DNA of 29,477 nucleotides from a virus (lineage: Duplodnaviria; Caudoviricetes): the IMG/VR virus record IMGVR_UViG_3300030397_000328, positions 1 through 29,477 of that record; one strand, given 5' to 3'. The translations under genes were made by a program, and so were the position numbers. The first letter of the stretch is position 1. Every line of letters begins with the position of its first letter. Positions 18,407 through 26,466 of the stretch are shown one piece after another. The notes under the pieces were generated by a model. That model saw nothing but the letters and a program-made list of their open reading frames with translations, was not told the DNA's origin and ran no database searches.

Positions 18407-18871
18407 CTACGCGGTTCGGGACCTTTCGGTGCGTTCACCAGTCAATAGTAACGCCTCATTCAGAATCGCTCGTTTCTCTTCGTTCCTTTGCTTTGAATCG
18501 AGCGCCAACAAGTTTTGATCGTGATACTCCAGCAGCTCAATGCCGAGCAGCGTTTCAATGTGTGCGGCGAGTTTTTTGTCACGTGATGTGTCGGTCGCTA
18601 TCGGATCTGTCATATCTTCCTCAATTGGTTCGAATCCGTCCCATTCCCATGGGCGACGGTTTTCCTTGTTGAATTCTTCCGCTTGTCGTTCTGCGGCGTT
18701 CCTACCCCATTCACCAGGATAGTGCCGAACCCAGAGATAACGGCCTTCTCTGTCAGTCACTGACCAGCGGACGCGAGTCATCTGTCCATCATCGTCGGTT
18801 ATGGCTTCCCAATGGCCAAAGGTCATCGTCCTCTTGTCCTTTCGATCGTTCAAACGCAGTGGAGTAGTCAT
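18407..18871 (-). CDS. Hypothetical protein
   Basis: 154-aa co-oriented ORF with a purine-rich SD. Confidence 0.65.
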   Translation of the reverse strand: MTTPLRLNDRKDKRTMTFGHWEAITDDDGQMTRVRWSVTDREGRYLWVRHYPGEWGRNAAERQAEEFNKENRRPWEWDGFEPIEEDMTDPIATDTSRDKKLAAHIETLLGIELLEYHDQNLLALDSKQRNEEKRAILNEALLLTGERTERSRTA

Positions 18872-18883
18872 CCCCTACGCGGT

Positions 18884-19156
18884 TTATTTCAACCATTCCT
18901 TAAATCGCTGAATAACCATCACGCGTCTTTTTTTTCGCAAACGTTTTGTTCGGACTGATCCTGGCAAGGTCATCCCCATACTGCGGTGCCATCGCTCAGC
19001 AGATTCGTAAATTGATTCGCCGAACACCCACGAAATAAAGCAACTGCGTGCGTAATGATCTTGCAGAGCTTTGTTTTGCCGCCTCAATAGCCACATTTGA
19101 AACCTAATCGCCTCATGAATCGGCGATAATCCATATTTGCGTTTGTTGCTCATCAT
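18884..19156 (-). CDS. Hypothetical basic protein
   Basis: ATGA-coupled to the upstream ORF. Confidence 0.55.
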   Translation of the reverse strand: MMSNKRKYGLSPIHEAIRFQMWLLRRQNKALQDHYARSCFISWVFGESIYESAERWHRSMGMTLPGSVRTKRLRKKRRVMVIQRFKEWLK

Positions 19157-19374
19157 TCGCCTTGATTTGCTGGATCAGCCCGCCTTCGTACAGGACAATC
19201 AAAATCACACTGCTCGCTTCCTGCCAACGTACAAACACCACCAAGATGGTCAGGAAGTAAACCACACTCCATCTCGTACCAGTCATCTGTACATTGTTGG
19301 CAGTCACAATCGATTCCGTGCGACCAGTCATCACAGGATTCGTCATCTCCGTAGTCTTCCCACTCATCGTCCAT
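19153..19374 (-). CDS. Small acidic Cys-rich protein
   Basis: SD GGAG; Asp/Glu-rich; ECG...CTLAGSEQCDFDCP motif. Confidence 0.65.
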   Translation of the reverse strand: MDDEWEDYGDDESCDDWSHGIDCDCQQCTDDWYEMECGLLPDHLGGVCTLAGSEQCDFDCPVRRRADPANQGE

Positions 19375-19408
19375 TGCTCGTTAACTCCATCTTCCGGAAT
19401 GGGGATCG

Positions 19409-19837
19409 TCAGTCCCCTGCGTTTACTTGATTCCTAGCCAATCGCCAACGAGCGAAAACACGAACACTACGATTCATATAAGGGCTAAATGCTTTCAATG
19501 CTGCTTCCGATTCGTCAACGCTGACAAAGAATAGGCAACCAGGACATTCATGCCCTTCCCGCGACACGTAATCAATGACGAACGAATCTGACGGCCCCAA
19601 ATACCCGCAGTTTGGACAATGACCATCATGCATCGCGCGAACGACACGATGCAAAGCCCTGGCTTCTTCACCGTCCGATATGTCAAGGTTCAGGTTTTCC
19701 CTTGTAGGGCTTTCCATGCTGGACACGAACTCGTCAAGCTCCCGTAGTGCCTGAAATCCGTCTTGTCCTTCAGTGAAGTGCCCATAGCCTTTCAGTGTGT
19801 CGACACACAATCGAAGCCGTTTAACCTTGTCACTCAT
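19409..19837 (-). CDS. Hypothetical zinc-ribbon protein
   Basis: Probable start MSDKVK at 19837; CPNC...CPGC. Confidence 0.6.
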   Translation of the reverse strand: MSDKVKRLRLCVDTLKGYGHFTEGQDGFQALRELDEFVSSMESPTRENLNLDISDGEEARALHRVVRAMHDGHCPNCGYLGPSDSFVIDYVSREGHECPGCLFFVSVDESEAALKAFSPYMNRSVRVFARWRLARNQVNAGD

Positions 19838-20210
19838 CGCCCACCCCGCTTTCTGTTTCCGCCAACGCCATGCGTAGTAACACAGACCAAGCGGCTTGCG
19901 TTTCGTCGCAATTGTTGCATGTATTGACGGGGATGGACCGTATTGCCACCCCATCTTTTGTTAGTGTTCTCAGGGCACTTGATGTCGCAATATCATTGCG
20001 GCATTCATCACAAATAATTCGGCGAGCTTCCTCCTCTTGCTTGACCTTTCGCCGGTAGATGCGGTGCGATGGGTATTGCGGGTCTGGTGCTCTTCGGCCT
20101 ACACAGGTGGTTGGCTTCCACACGGGATCGTCTCGCCATCCATCAGGTGATGCGTCTACCTCGTCCCCTGCCTGGATAGCTTCGCCCTTCTCCAATATTC
20201 GATAACTCAT
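19830..20210 (-). CDS. Hypothetical phage protein
   Basis: MSYRILEKGEAIQAGDE...YRR N-terminal domain plus CDEC...CNNC. Confidence 0.6.
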   Translation of the reverse strand: MSYRILEKGEAIQAGDEVDASPDGWRDDPVWKPTTCVGRRAPDPQYPSHRIYRRKVKQEEEARRIICDECRNDIATSSALRTLTKDGVAIRSIPVNTCNNCDETQAAWSVLLRMALAETESGVGDE

Positions 20211-20248
20211 GCTTACCCTCACTCTCTCAATTTCCGCGATGGGGATTG

Positions 20249-20770
20249 TTAATCCTCTGCCCCGTGGCCCTTCATGTCCGCTTCATACCGGCTGTACCGT
20301 TCCATCTCCGCAACAATCAAGGCAGCAGCAATCACTAGCTTTTTGTATTCGTCGTTGCGCCACTTCGCCGCGATGCCCCAGTCATCGACGTGATCGTCAT
20401 CGTCTAGGGATCGCAACACCTCGGCGGCTTGCTTTGCGATCTCCCACGCTTCGTGATCGTCGTCGTGCGATTCGTCGTAACCTTTTCGACGCTGTCTTTC
20501 GCGTTCCTGAGTGATTGCTCGAATAGACTCAGCAAATGGCGATGATTCGCCACCATTCTCTGCTCTATAGACTTGGTAAATCGCATTCGACACGCCACTA
20601 CCGTGCCCAGTCCATTCTCCGACGATCGACCAAGGTTCAACGCCTTTTTGTTGGGCGACAATTTCGGCAGTGCGGCAAATCCTTCGAATGATCGCATCAG
20701 ATTCGAGCAACGGCCTGTACGTTTCACGCGGTCCATGAATTGTGTCCAACGCTTCTTCGATTGTTGTCAT
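20249..20770 (-). CDS. Conserved-looking phage protein (ERxRQ...HDD...LVxAAALIxAE)
   Basis: Helical C-terminal domain with a motif I recall from phage hypotheticals; function unknown. Confidence 0.7.
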   Translation of the reverse strand: MTTIEEALDTIHGPRETYRPLLESDAIIRRICRTAEIVAQQKGVEPWSIVGEWTGHGSGVSNAIYQVYRAENGGESSPFAESIRAITQERERQRRKGYDESHDDDHEAWEIAKQAAEVLRSLDDDDHVDDWGIAAKWRNDEYKKLVIAAALIVAEMERYSRYEADMKGHGAED

Positions 20771-20833
20771 AATTCCTTGCCTATCTTGTTGTTTTTGAGG
20801 TCAAATGCAGGGGACTACATCTCCCCTGCGAAG

Positions 20834-21031
20834 TTATTCCAACACGAGTCCTTTGCTCATTCGCCAATAGCAGCGTTTCCAATCACGGGCAGTCATGCAG
20901 TTTTCGCACACCCCGACACGCCAGACGGTTTCGTAGGAATCCGTATCGCTGCTGACACGGCGTTTACATCTATCGCAAAACTGGTGACGACGGCGGCGGG
21001 ACCGGCTGCGTTGCTTCGTGTGTTTCGGCAT
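20834..21031 (-). CDS. Small basic zinc-finger protein
   Basis: CDRC...CENC; Arg-rich N-terminus. Confidence 0.55.
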   Translation of the reverse strand: MPKHTKQRSRSRRRRHQFCDRCKRRVSSDTDSYETVWRVGVCENCMTARDWKRCYWRMSKGLVLE

Positions 21032-21036
21032 GGCGT

Positions 21037-21396
21037 CTAGTCCAAATACTCAAACTCGATGCGGGTCACTTGCTCGCAATCGTTACAATTCATGGCAGTG
21101 CAGAACATGCGAACGAATTCGGCACCGGATAGTTCGGGGAAACCTTCAAGGGATGCTTCGACGCGTCCGTAACGCGGACGGCGGGCCATTCTGTTGATAG
21201 GTTCGCGGCGGACGTTGGTGATACGTATCTCGCAAATGCGTTCGATCTTCTCTCCAGGTTTGAGACCCTGGCACTTGACGCACGCGTTGACTACGTGGCC
21301 AACTTTCAGGAATCGCCAGCCTAGCCGGCGGGTTACAGTCTTCTCACGCCGGCGTACTTGCTCCGTGGTGAGCATGAAGGACATGTTACGGGGCAT
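21037..21396 (-). CDS. ASCH-domain protein
   Basis: MPRNMSFMLTTEQVRRREKTVTRRLGW...LEGFP...VTRIEFEY matches the ASCH KTxTRR / EGF / IEF pattern. Confidence 0.85.
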   Translation of the reverse strand: MPRNMSFMLTTEQVRRREKTVTRRLGWRFLKVGHVVNACVKCQGLKPGEKIERICEIRITNVRREPINRMARRPRYGRVEASLEGFPELSGAEFVRMFCTAMNCNDCEQVTRIEFEYLD

Positions 21397-21610
21397 CGGA
21401 CGGCACCTCGGAAATAACGTCGTAGCCCGTTCCGTTGCAACAACTGCAGCCGGCAGCGTTGCAGGATTCGCAACGCTTGCGTTTGGGGATACATTCGCCT
21501 GTGGCCAAATAGAACAACTGGCGTAGTTCATCGCGGCTGAATGATGCCGTTCCGAACTCGATACGTTGACGCCAGGCGTCTACTGTTTGCTTGTCTGGTC
21601 TTACTGTCAT
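21386..21610 (-). CDS. Small protein with a DnaJ-like CxxCxGxG finger
   Basis: CESC...CSCCNGTG; ATGA-coupled to the replication gene. Confidence 0.6.
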   Translation of the reverse strand: MTVRPDKQTVDAWRQRIEFGTASFSRDELRQLFYLATGECIPKRKRCESCNAAGCSCCNGTGYDVISEVPSDAP

Positions 21611-22503
21611 GATTCAAATCCCATCGCTGCTAATCTGCGGTCACGTTCCACCACGTCCGTTACGCCGGCGGCTAACAATTGCTTGCTTGCTTTTATGCGT
21701 TCGTTCTCTCGCCGGACGTCAGGGTCGATGGTGGGGGCTCTGGCCTTGGGGGATTCGGTTTCAGGCGGCCACACTCCGTTGATGAGCCGGCCAACCAACG
21801 CGTTCGGCGGTTTGTCCCAGCTAGACGAATTCCAATCGTCGATGATGCCTTGTAGCTGATCAGGGGTTTCGCCACGGGCTGCCATCGCATCGACGCATTG
21901 CTGAGCTTTGTAGATCCCGAATTCGTTTCTCAATCTTTCCGCCGCCGCCGTCCACGGATTGCCGTTTAAGGTGGCGGTTGGAACAACGCTTAAAGAACAC
22001 GCTTCTGTAGCGGGCTCATAATGAGCCTTCTGCGGGCTCATGGTGAGCCCGCTGCGGGCGCACGGTGAGCCTTCTGCGGGCTCATGGTGAGCCCGCTGCG
22101 GGCTCACGGGCTTGGGGACTGGCCGTATTTGGCTGTCCTCAATGCGGGTCGATTCAGTTGCAAAAGATTCCTTTACAACTGCCGAATCGAAGTCCGCCAG
22201 GTTACTCCAGATGATCTGGTAGATTGCCGTTCGTCCCGTGGTCACGACGTCCAGCACTAGCAAGCCACGCAAGCCCGCTGTAGCTCGTTTCACGGTGGCT
22301 TTGCTGTATCCGGTCTCAGACGCCAACAACGCCACGCCAACGCGACAACGAGCGTTGTCGCGGACGTGGGATTCGATGCAACGCAAGACAGAAAGCATGG
22401 TGCCAGGGCTTCCACCTGGCACCTTTGGCAATTGCACGCGGTTCAGTAGCGCGAGACGGCTACCGCGTGCGGAGAAATCGAATTCGGTCTGACGTTTCGA
22501 CAT
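21607..22503 (-). CDS. Replication initiator (lambda O-like; N-terminal winged HTH, internal iterons)
   Basis: HTH LLASETGYSKATVKRATAGL; tandem palindromic repeats in the middle of the gene. Confidence 0.75.
   Translation of the reverse strand: MSKRQTEFDFSARGSRLALLNRVQLPKVPGGSPGTMLSVLRCIESHVRDNARCRVGVALLASETGYSKATVKRATAGLRGLLVLDVVTTGRTAIYQIIWSNLADFDSAVVKESFATESTRIEDSQIRPVPKPVSPQRAHHEPAEGSPCARSGLTMSPQKAHYEPATEACSLSVVPTATLNGNPWTAAAERLRNEFGIYKAQQCVDAMAARGETPDQLQGIIDDWNSSSWDKPPNALVGRLINGVWPPETESPKARAPTIDPDVRRENERIKASKQLLAAGVTDVVERDRRLAAMGFES
22010..22109. repeat. About 4.5 tandem 22-bp palindromic iterons (putative origin)
   Basis: Units start at 22010, 22032, 22054, 22076 and 22098; consensus GCGGGCTCA-n3-TGAGCC(CG/TT)CT. 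Confidence 0.9.
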
Positions 22504-22505
22504 AA

Positions 22506-22724
22506 TTAGGCGACCGCCGTCCCTGGCACGTCAGATTGCTCTGAACAGTCGCCCGAATTCTCAATCTGAATCGTAACTTCCCGCCGGTGAATCGTAACGT
22601 CATCGGGGGCGTTGATACCTAGGCGGACCTTGTCGCCTCGTATCTCGATAACTTGAATCGTGGCATCGATTCCGTGGAATCGCATGTCAATGATCTCGTC
22701 TTTTTTCCTCGATAGTACCAGCAC
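22506..22724 (-). CDS. csrA: Carbon storage regulator CsrA/RsmA homolog
   Basis: MLVLSRKKDE...IEIRGDKVRLGINAPDDVTIHRRE; GTG start with SD AAGGAG. Confidence 0.93.
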   Translation of the reverse strand: MLVLSRKKDEIIDMRFHGIDATIQVIEIRGDKVRLGINAPDDVTIHRREVTIQIENSGDCSEQSDVPGTAVA

Positions 22725-22748
22725 AACTACACTCCTTTGCGATTGTTG

Positions 22749-22931
22749 TTAAAGACGGGCTGTTAGCCCCTGGCGTGGTGGGGCAGGACCAACGCCAAGG
22801 GCCAACACTGACGATGGGGCAGAATCGTCAAGCCCGATGAAAAGGTTTCCAATTTGCAAAAACGACCGGCCATCCACCTCAGTGACACGCGGGGTCAACC
22901 GCTTACACCGGCATTCGTTCGGCTCCACCAA
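22749..22931 (-). CDS. Hypothetical protein
   Basis: 60-aa co-oriented ORF filling a gap; weak support. Confidence 0.35.
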   Translation of the reverse strand: MVEPNECRCKRLTPRVTEVDGRSFLQIGNLFIGLDDSAPSSVLALGVGPAPPRQGLTARL

Positions 22932-22993
22932 TCGGATTTCCCATTTACTGAGGCATGGGCATCCGTGACCATTGGTTTCAACGCCTCCAATCT

Positions 22994-23425
22994 TTACTCT
23001 TCTGAGAAATCGGATTCAGTTTCAAACGCTTCAGCGTCGTCAACTTCTTCGTGCTCCTCATCGCCCATCGGCAAACGGCCTTGGCGTGGATTGTCCGCGT
23101 TACTGCCTGTGTTACGAACGAATAGCGTGTTGCGGCCAGACTCGGGGCTGATCTCTGCCATGGCCGACGTCACAGCGGTTGGACGGCCTGGCACCTTCTG
23201 ATCAATCTTGCTCTCAATGGCAAAGATCTCCGAATCCGGATCCTTGCAGACCAGCTTGATTTTCAGCGTTAATTCCGCCTTGGCTCCCTTGGCGTCGTGA
23301 CCGTGTTTGGCCACAAAGTCAGATAGACCGTGCGTGATCTTTTGCAGGGCGTTGTTGGCATCCGCCATAAATACGCCTTCTTCGATCAGATCCAAGTCGT
23401 TCAGCTCTACGAATGTAGATGCCAT
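22994..23425 (-). CDS. YfdP-like phage protein
   Basis: SD GGAGG; EEGVFMADANNALQKI...KAELTLKIKL...NPRQGRLPM; adjacent to a YfdQ-like gene. Confidence 0.6.
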   Translation of the reverse strand: MASTFVELNDLDLIEEGVFMADANNALQKITHGLSDFVAKHGHDAKGAKAELTLKIKLVCKDPDSEIFAIESKIDQKVPGRPTAVTSAMAEISPESGRNTLFVRNTGSNADNPRQGRLPMGDEEHEEVDDAEAFETESDFSEE

Positions 23426-23484
23426 GTTTTCCTCCGTGTTGAACTATTAAGAATTGCTTAAAGGTTGCAGCGATCGTTTGGGAA

Positions 23485-24336
23485 CTACTCCAAGTAATCC
23501 CATTCGATGTGCTTGACGGTGCCCAGGCCGATTGTTCCGACGTCCAGGGCACTGCGTAACGTTGTTAGCATGTCCAGCATGGATCGGACCTTGGCTTCCA
23601 GCAGGCCGGAAGCGGACACGTAAACAACAACCTCGTTGTTGCCGTCCATGCTCACCATCAAATCCAGTTCGATACGCTGAGCGATTTGATTGACGTAGAT
23701 AGGAACTTCGATCGTGATGGAATCCGGCAATTCGTGCGGTTCCGTTCGAGTGGTACTGCTACCCTCAATTTTCACTTCCACCATCACGCCATTGATTGAC
23801 TTGCTGCCGGAGCCACGGTTTAGCGTCACGTTGCTTTTGGCGGTGATTTGGCTGAACATCAAAGCCAGTTCGCGCCCGTCTGGATGCGTCACGGCGCGGC
23901 GGTGTTGCATGATGAACTTTGCGAATTCCAAAACGGGAACGGTTGAATCAAACATTCCGTCCCATGGCTCAAAGAGCGGATGAATTAGCGGTTTGCAGCC
24001 GATCACCTCGATTCCATTTTCCTGGCTTTCATCAATGACAGCGGAGAACGCCCCTGCCTTCACGTCTGCCAATACGACGGTATGTTCCGTCCCGTATTGC
24101 TCCAGATAAGACGTCATGGCGTCAATGTCATGGAATTGGTGGCAACGTGCGGGGGTTTCCTCACGGATTGGTGCCTTCGGCTGCTCTGGTTGTAGTTCTC
24201 GATTCTGCAAACCGACGACGATGTGTTCAGTACCGTCTTGGCCGACTTGCCGAACTAGGTCTAGGACGTTTTCCTGACCTTTTCTCACGTCGCGAATAAA
24301 GTCCTCAATTACTGTGCCTGTAGTGCCCTCGTTCAT
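23485..24336 (-). CDS. YfdQ/DUF2303-like phage protein
   Basis: 283 aa; FHDIDAMTSY, EFAKFI...HPDGRELA and LPDSITIEVPIY resemble that family. Confidence 0.65.
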   Translation of the reverse strand: MNEGTTGTVIEDFIRDVRKGQENVLDLVRQVGQDGTEHIVVGLQNRELQPEQPKAPIREETPARCHQFHDIDAMTSYLEQYGTEHTVVLADVKAGAFSAVIDESQENGIEVIGCKPLIHPLFEPWDGMFDSTVPVLEFAKFIMQHRRAVTHPDGRELALMFSQITAKSNVTLNRGSGSKSINGVMVEVKIEGSSTTRTEPHELPDSITIEVPIYVNQIAQRIELDLMVSMDGNNEVVVYVSASGLLEAKVRSMLDMLTTLRSALDVGTIGLGTVKHIEWDYLE

Positions 24337-24926
24337 TTGGTTTTCACTCCGTTGGTATCATGCTTGATAATGTAGACTCGGGCGGTACGTCCGCTGCGAG
24401 TTTCGCGGCGTTGGCCGCTGTCTATGATTTTTAAGTCCCGCTTTAGCTCCCAGATTCGCGGAGTGGCGGTCTGCACTTTCATACTTAACCCCGCGCAAAT
24501 CTCATCGCACGTTGCACCTTTGGTGCTGCTTTCGATAAACGCCAGGACGCGTTCACGGTCAATCGCTGCCGTGCTGCGTTTGCTTTCGGCAGCGGCTTTG
24601 CTTGTGTCCGTGCCGTTATGCGGTGGCAGGGGTTGAGCTGGAATACTGGGGGCGGTTGGCGGTTGGTTTGAATCGAAGTCCAAACGCCTCTGCGTTGGCG
24701 TGTTGCGGGTAATGAAATCCGACGCTTCGGAGAAAGAGATTTCACCATCTTGGTAGCGTTCAACCGTGCGCCGTACCAATCGCAATCCGCGCCGAATGCG
24801 GCGTTGATTGGTAAGCACTTCTGCCGGCACGGACGGCATTTCCAGAATCTTGGCGTCAACTGCGTCTAGGTCACGTTCCATGACTTCGACGATCATCAAC
24901 ACGGCTTCCGACTCTTGATAGCTCAT
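24333..24926 (-). CDS. Winged-HTH DNA-binding protein
   Basis: SD GGAGG; C-terminal GATCDEICAGLSMKVQTATPRIWEL...DSGQRRETRSGRTARVY. Confidence 0.75.
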   Translation of the reverse strand: MSYQESEAVLMIVEVMERDLDAVDAKILEMPSVPAEVLTNQRRIRRGLRLVRRTVERYQDGEISFSEASDFITRNTPTQRRLDFDSNQPPTAPSIPAQPLPPHNGTDTSKAAAESKRSTAAIDRERVLAFIESSTKGATCDEICAGLSMKVQTATPRIWELKRDLKIIDSGQRRETRSGRTARVYIIKHDTNGVKTK

Positions 24927-26233
24927 GCGTCCTGAACCTCCACAAAAAAAACGCAGCTTCCGCGAAGGACCAATACAGGAGCGTGCGTCTTATCGTTGCC
25001 ACGCTGCTGTGTTCTGCCACTTTGGTCCAGGGCGGAAAACTGCGTTTGTAAGTAGGTAGTGGGTTTTAGCCGGCGTCGTCGTGAAATACGCGAAGACTGA
25101 ACGGTGCCGGATCGCTTAGTAAATCGGCTTGCGACTTTTCGCCAAGCTTGGATCGATCTACGTAGCGCTTGGTAACTTCTATGGAGGAATGGCCGAGCAT
25201 TTCCCGTGCGGTTTCTATCGATGACTTGGCCGTGATCATTGTAGCGAATGTTCGCCGGATACAATGCCAAAGTCGTTTGGTATCGACTGCCTTGGTAACC
25301 TCGGCCTTTAAGTCTCGATCGAATTCGGTTCGCGGAAAATAGCCGCGTTCTACGGCTTCGCGGAGTTCGGTGGATCCTCGCAAGCCGGCAACCACAATGA
25401 TCTTGCGTAACAAGTAGTCCAACGCCGGCCAGGCATCTACGTTGCAATCGTAGGGCCAAAGGTCCGAAATCGTTTCCCAGTCGTATTCCATCAAACGCTC
25501 TAACGCAGCCACCGTACTCGGCAGCAATGCAACCGTTTGATCCTCGGCGTCCTTCTGAACGTCTGCGACGATTACCAAACGTTTTGACCGTAAGTCGATC
25601 CAGTCCCGCCGGATGGACATAGCTGCGGAAATCCTTGACCCGCTGTTGTAGACAACTCGCAATAGAGCCTCGGCGAATTCGCCACGCGGTATTTTCCCAC
25701 CGCTTTTGGTCTGCAATTGACCAGTTAGCCGGCAAGCCGATTGCAGCATCTTCTCGAATTCCCAGTCCCACCAAGCCTCGGGATCTCGTTTTGGCTCTTT
25801 GAAGCTTCCGATTTTTGGTGGACGATCCGGCAAATAGCCGCGTTCTTTGGCATGCTCCCAAATCGCAACCAGCGAACGCCGTATTTTGTTGGCCGTGGGT
25901 TTCGAATTCCCAAGCTGCAGACACCAAGCCATCGAACCCGTAATAAGTTCCGGCGACATGTCCGCCAGCATTAGCTCTTGTCCAGGTTTCAGGGTTTGCC
26001 AGTATCGATCTGCTTTCCGCACCTGGCCAAGATAGAATTTCTTGGTTGCCGGACTTCCGCCAGCTATCTCCGGTTTCAGAAAGTAAACTTGTTCTAAGAA
26101 GTGCAACAATGTTTGATTGTTGGTTCCTGTTGTAGCTCTCGCAATCATTCGTTGGGCCTCCAACGCACGCGCAAACGCTCAGAACTAGAATCCCACCTAG
26201 CGTCCACGCAATTAAATGGCCGTCCTTGATCAT
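24923..26233 (-). CDS. Overprinted 436-codon ORF spanning the integrase (-1 frame)
   Basis: SD GAGGGA before the ATG at 26233; hydrophobic N-terminus; no stop across the whole integrase; TGA overlaps the ATG at 24926. Whether it yields a stable protein is unknown. Confidence 0.5.
   Translation of the reverse strand: MIKDGHLIAWTLGGILVLSVCACVGGPTNDCESYNRNQQSNIVALLRTSLLSETGDSWRKSGNQEILSWPGAESRSILANPETWTRANAGGHVAGTYYGFDGLVSAAWEFETHGQQNTAFAGCDLGACQRTRLFAGSSTKNRKLQRAKTRSRGLVGLGIREDAAIGLPANWSIADQKRWENTAWRIRRGSIASCLQQRVKDFRSYVHPAGLDRLTVKTFGNRRRRSEGRRGSNGCIAAEYGGCVRAFDGIRLGNDFGPLALRLQRRCLAGVGLLVTQDHCGCRLARIHRTPRSRRTRLFSANRIRSRLKGRGYQGSRYQTTLALYPANIRYNDHGQVIDRNRTGNARPFLHRSYQALRRSIQAWRKVASRFTKRSGTVQSSRISRRRRLKPTTYLQTQFSALDQSGRTQQRGNDKTHAPVLVLRGSCVFFVEVQDA
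24944..24989 (-). terminator. Intrinsic terminator downstream of the integrase
   Basis: GACGCACGCTCC...GGAAGCTGCG followed by T8 on the minus strand, immediately before the next SD. Confidence 0.6.
25066..26148 (-). CDS. int: Tyrosine recombinase/integrase
   Basis: SD GGAGG before the ATG at 26148; catalytic residues in SGSRISA (R), VQKD (K), HCIRRT (HxxR) and LGHSSIEVTKRY (H, Y). Confidence 0.93.
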   Translation of the reverse strand: MIARATTGTNNQTLLHFLEQVYFLKPEIAGGSPATKKFYLGQVRKADRYWQTLKPGQELMLADMSPELITGSMAWCLQLGNSKPTANKIRRSLVAIWEHAKERGYLPDRPPKIGSFKEPKRDPEAWWDWEFEKMLQSACRLTGQLQTKSGGKIPRGEFAEALLRVVYNSGSRISAAMSIRRDWIDLRSKRLVIVADVQKDAEDQTVALLPSTVAALERLMEYDWETISDLWPYDCNVDAWPALDYLLRKIIVVAGLRGSTELREAVERGYFPRTEFDRDLKAEVTKAVDTKRLWHCIRRTFATMITAKSSIETAREMLGHSSIEVTKRYVDRSKLGEKSQADLLSDPAPFSLRVFHDDAG

Positions 26234-26313
26234 GGCCGTTCCCTCGACTCTAACGCATACAGGTAGCGCAGCGCTCAGAGCGGCGCGCAAGGCAACCGCA
26301 ATGAGGACGCGCG

Positions 26314-26402
26314 AAAAAACCGAAATGTGACCGGCAAAAAGCCAAACGGTAGGGGCTGCCGGCTTTGGTGGTAAAACACCAAGCCGCGGTCACGTCATTC
26401 GG
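26314..26402 (-). ncRNA. Candidate structured leader/attenuator RNA
   Basis: Outer stem GTGACCG/CGGTCAC plus CCGAA/TTCGG, two inner hairpins, followed by T6 on the minus strand. Confidence 0.5.
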
Positions 26403-26438
26403 GAAGAAGCCGAAGAAGTGAGAGCAAGAGGCTCGTTG

Positions 26439-26451
26439 AATTACCGTAATT
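26439..26451. promoter_or_regulatory. Operator-like palindrome just downstream of the early promoter
   Basis: AATTAC-C-GTAATT, a perfect inverted repeat in an AT-rich patch. Confidence 0.45.
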
Positions 26452-26466
26452 TAATTTGCACGGATC

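Noticed and set aside
22010-22109. Possible CRISPR array
   Set aside because: The repeats abut directly with no unique spacers, lie inside a CDS, and there are no cas genes.
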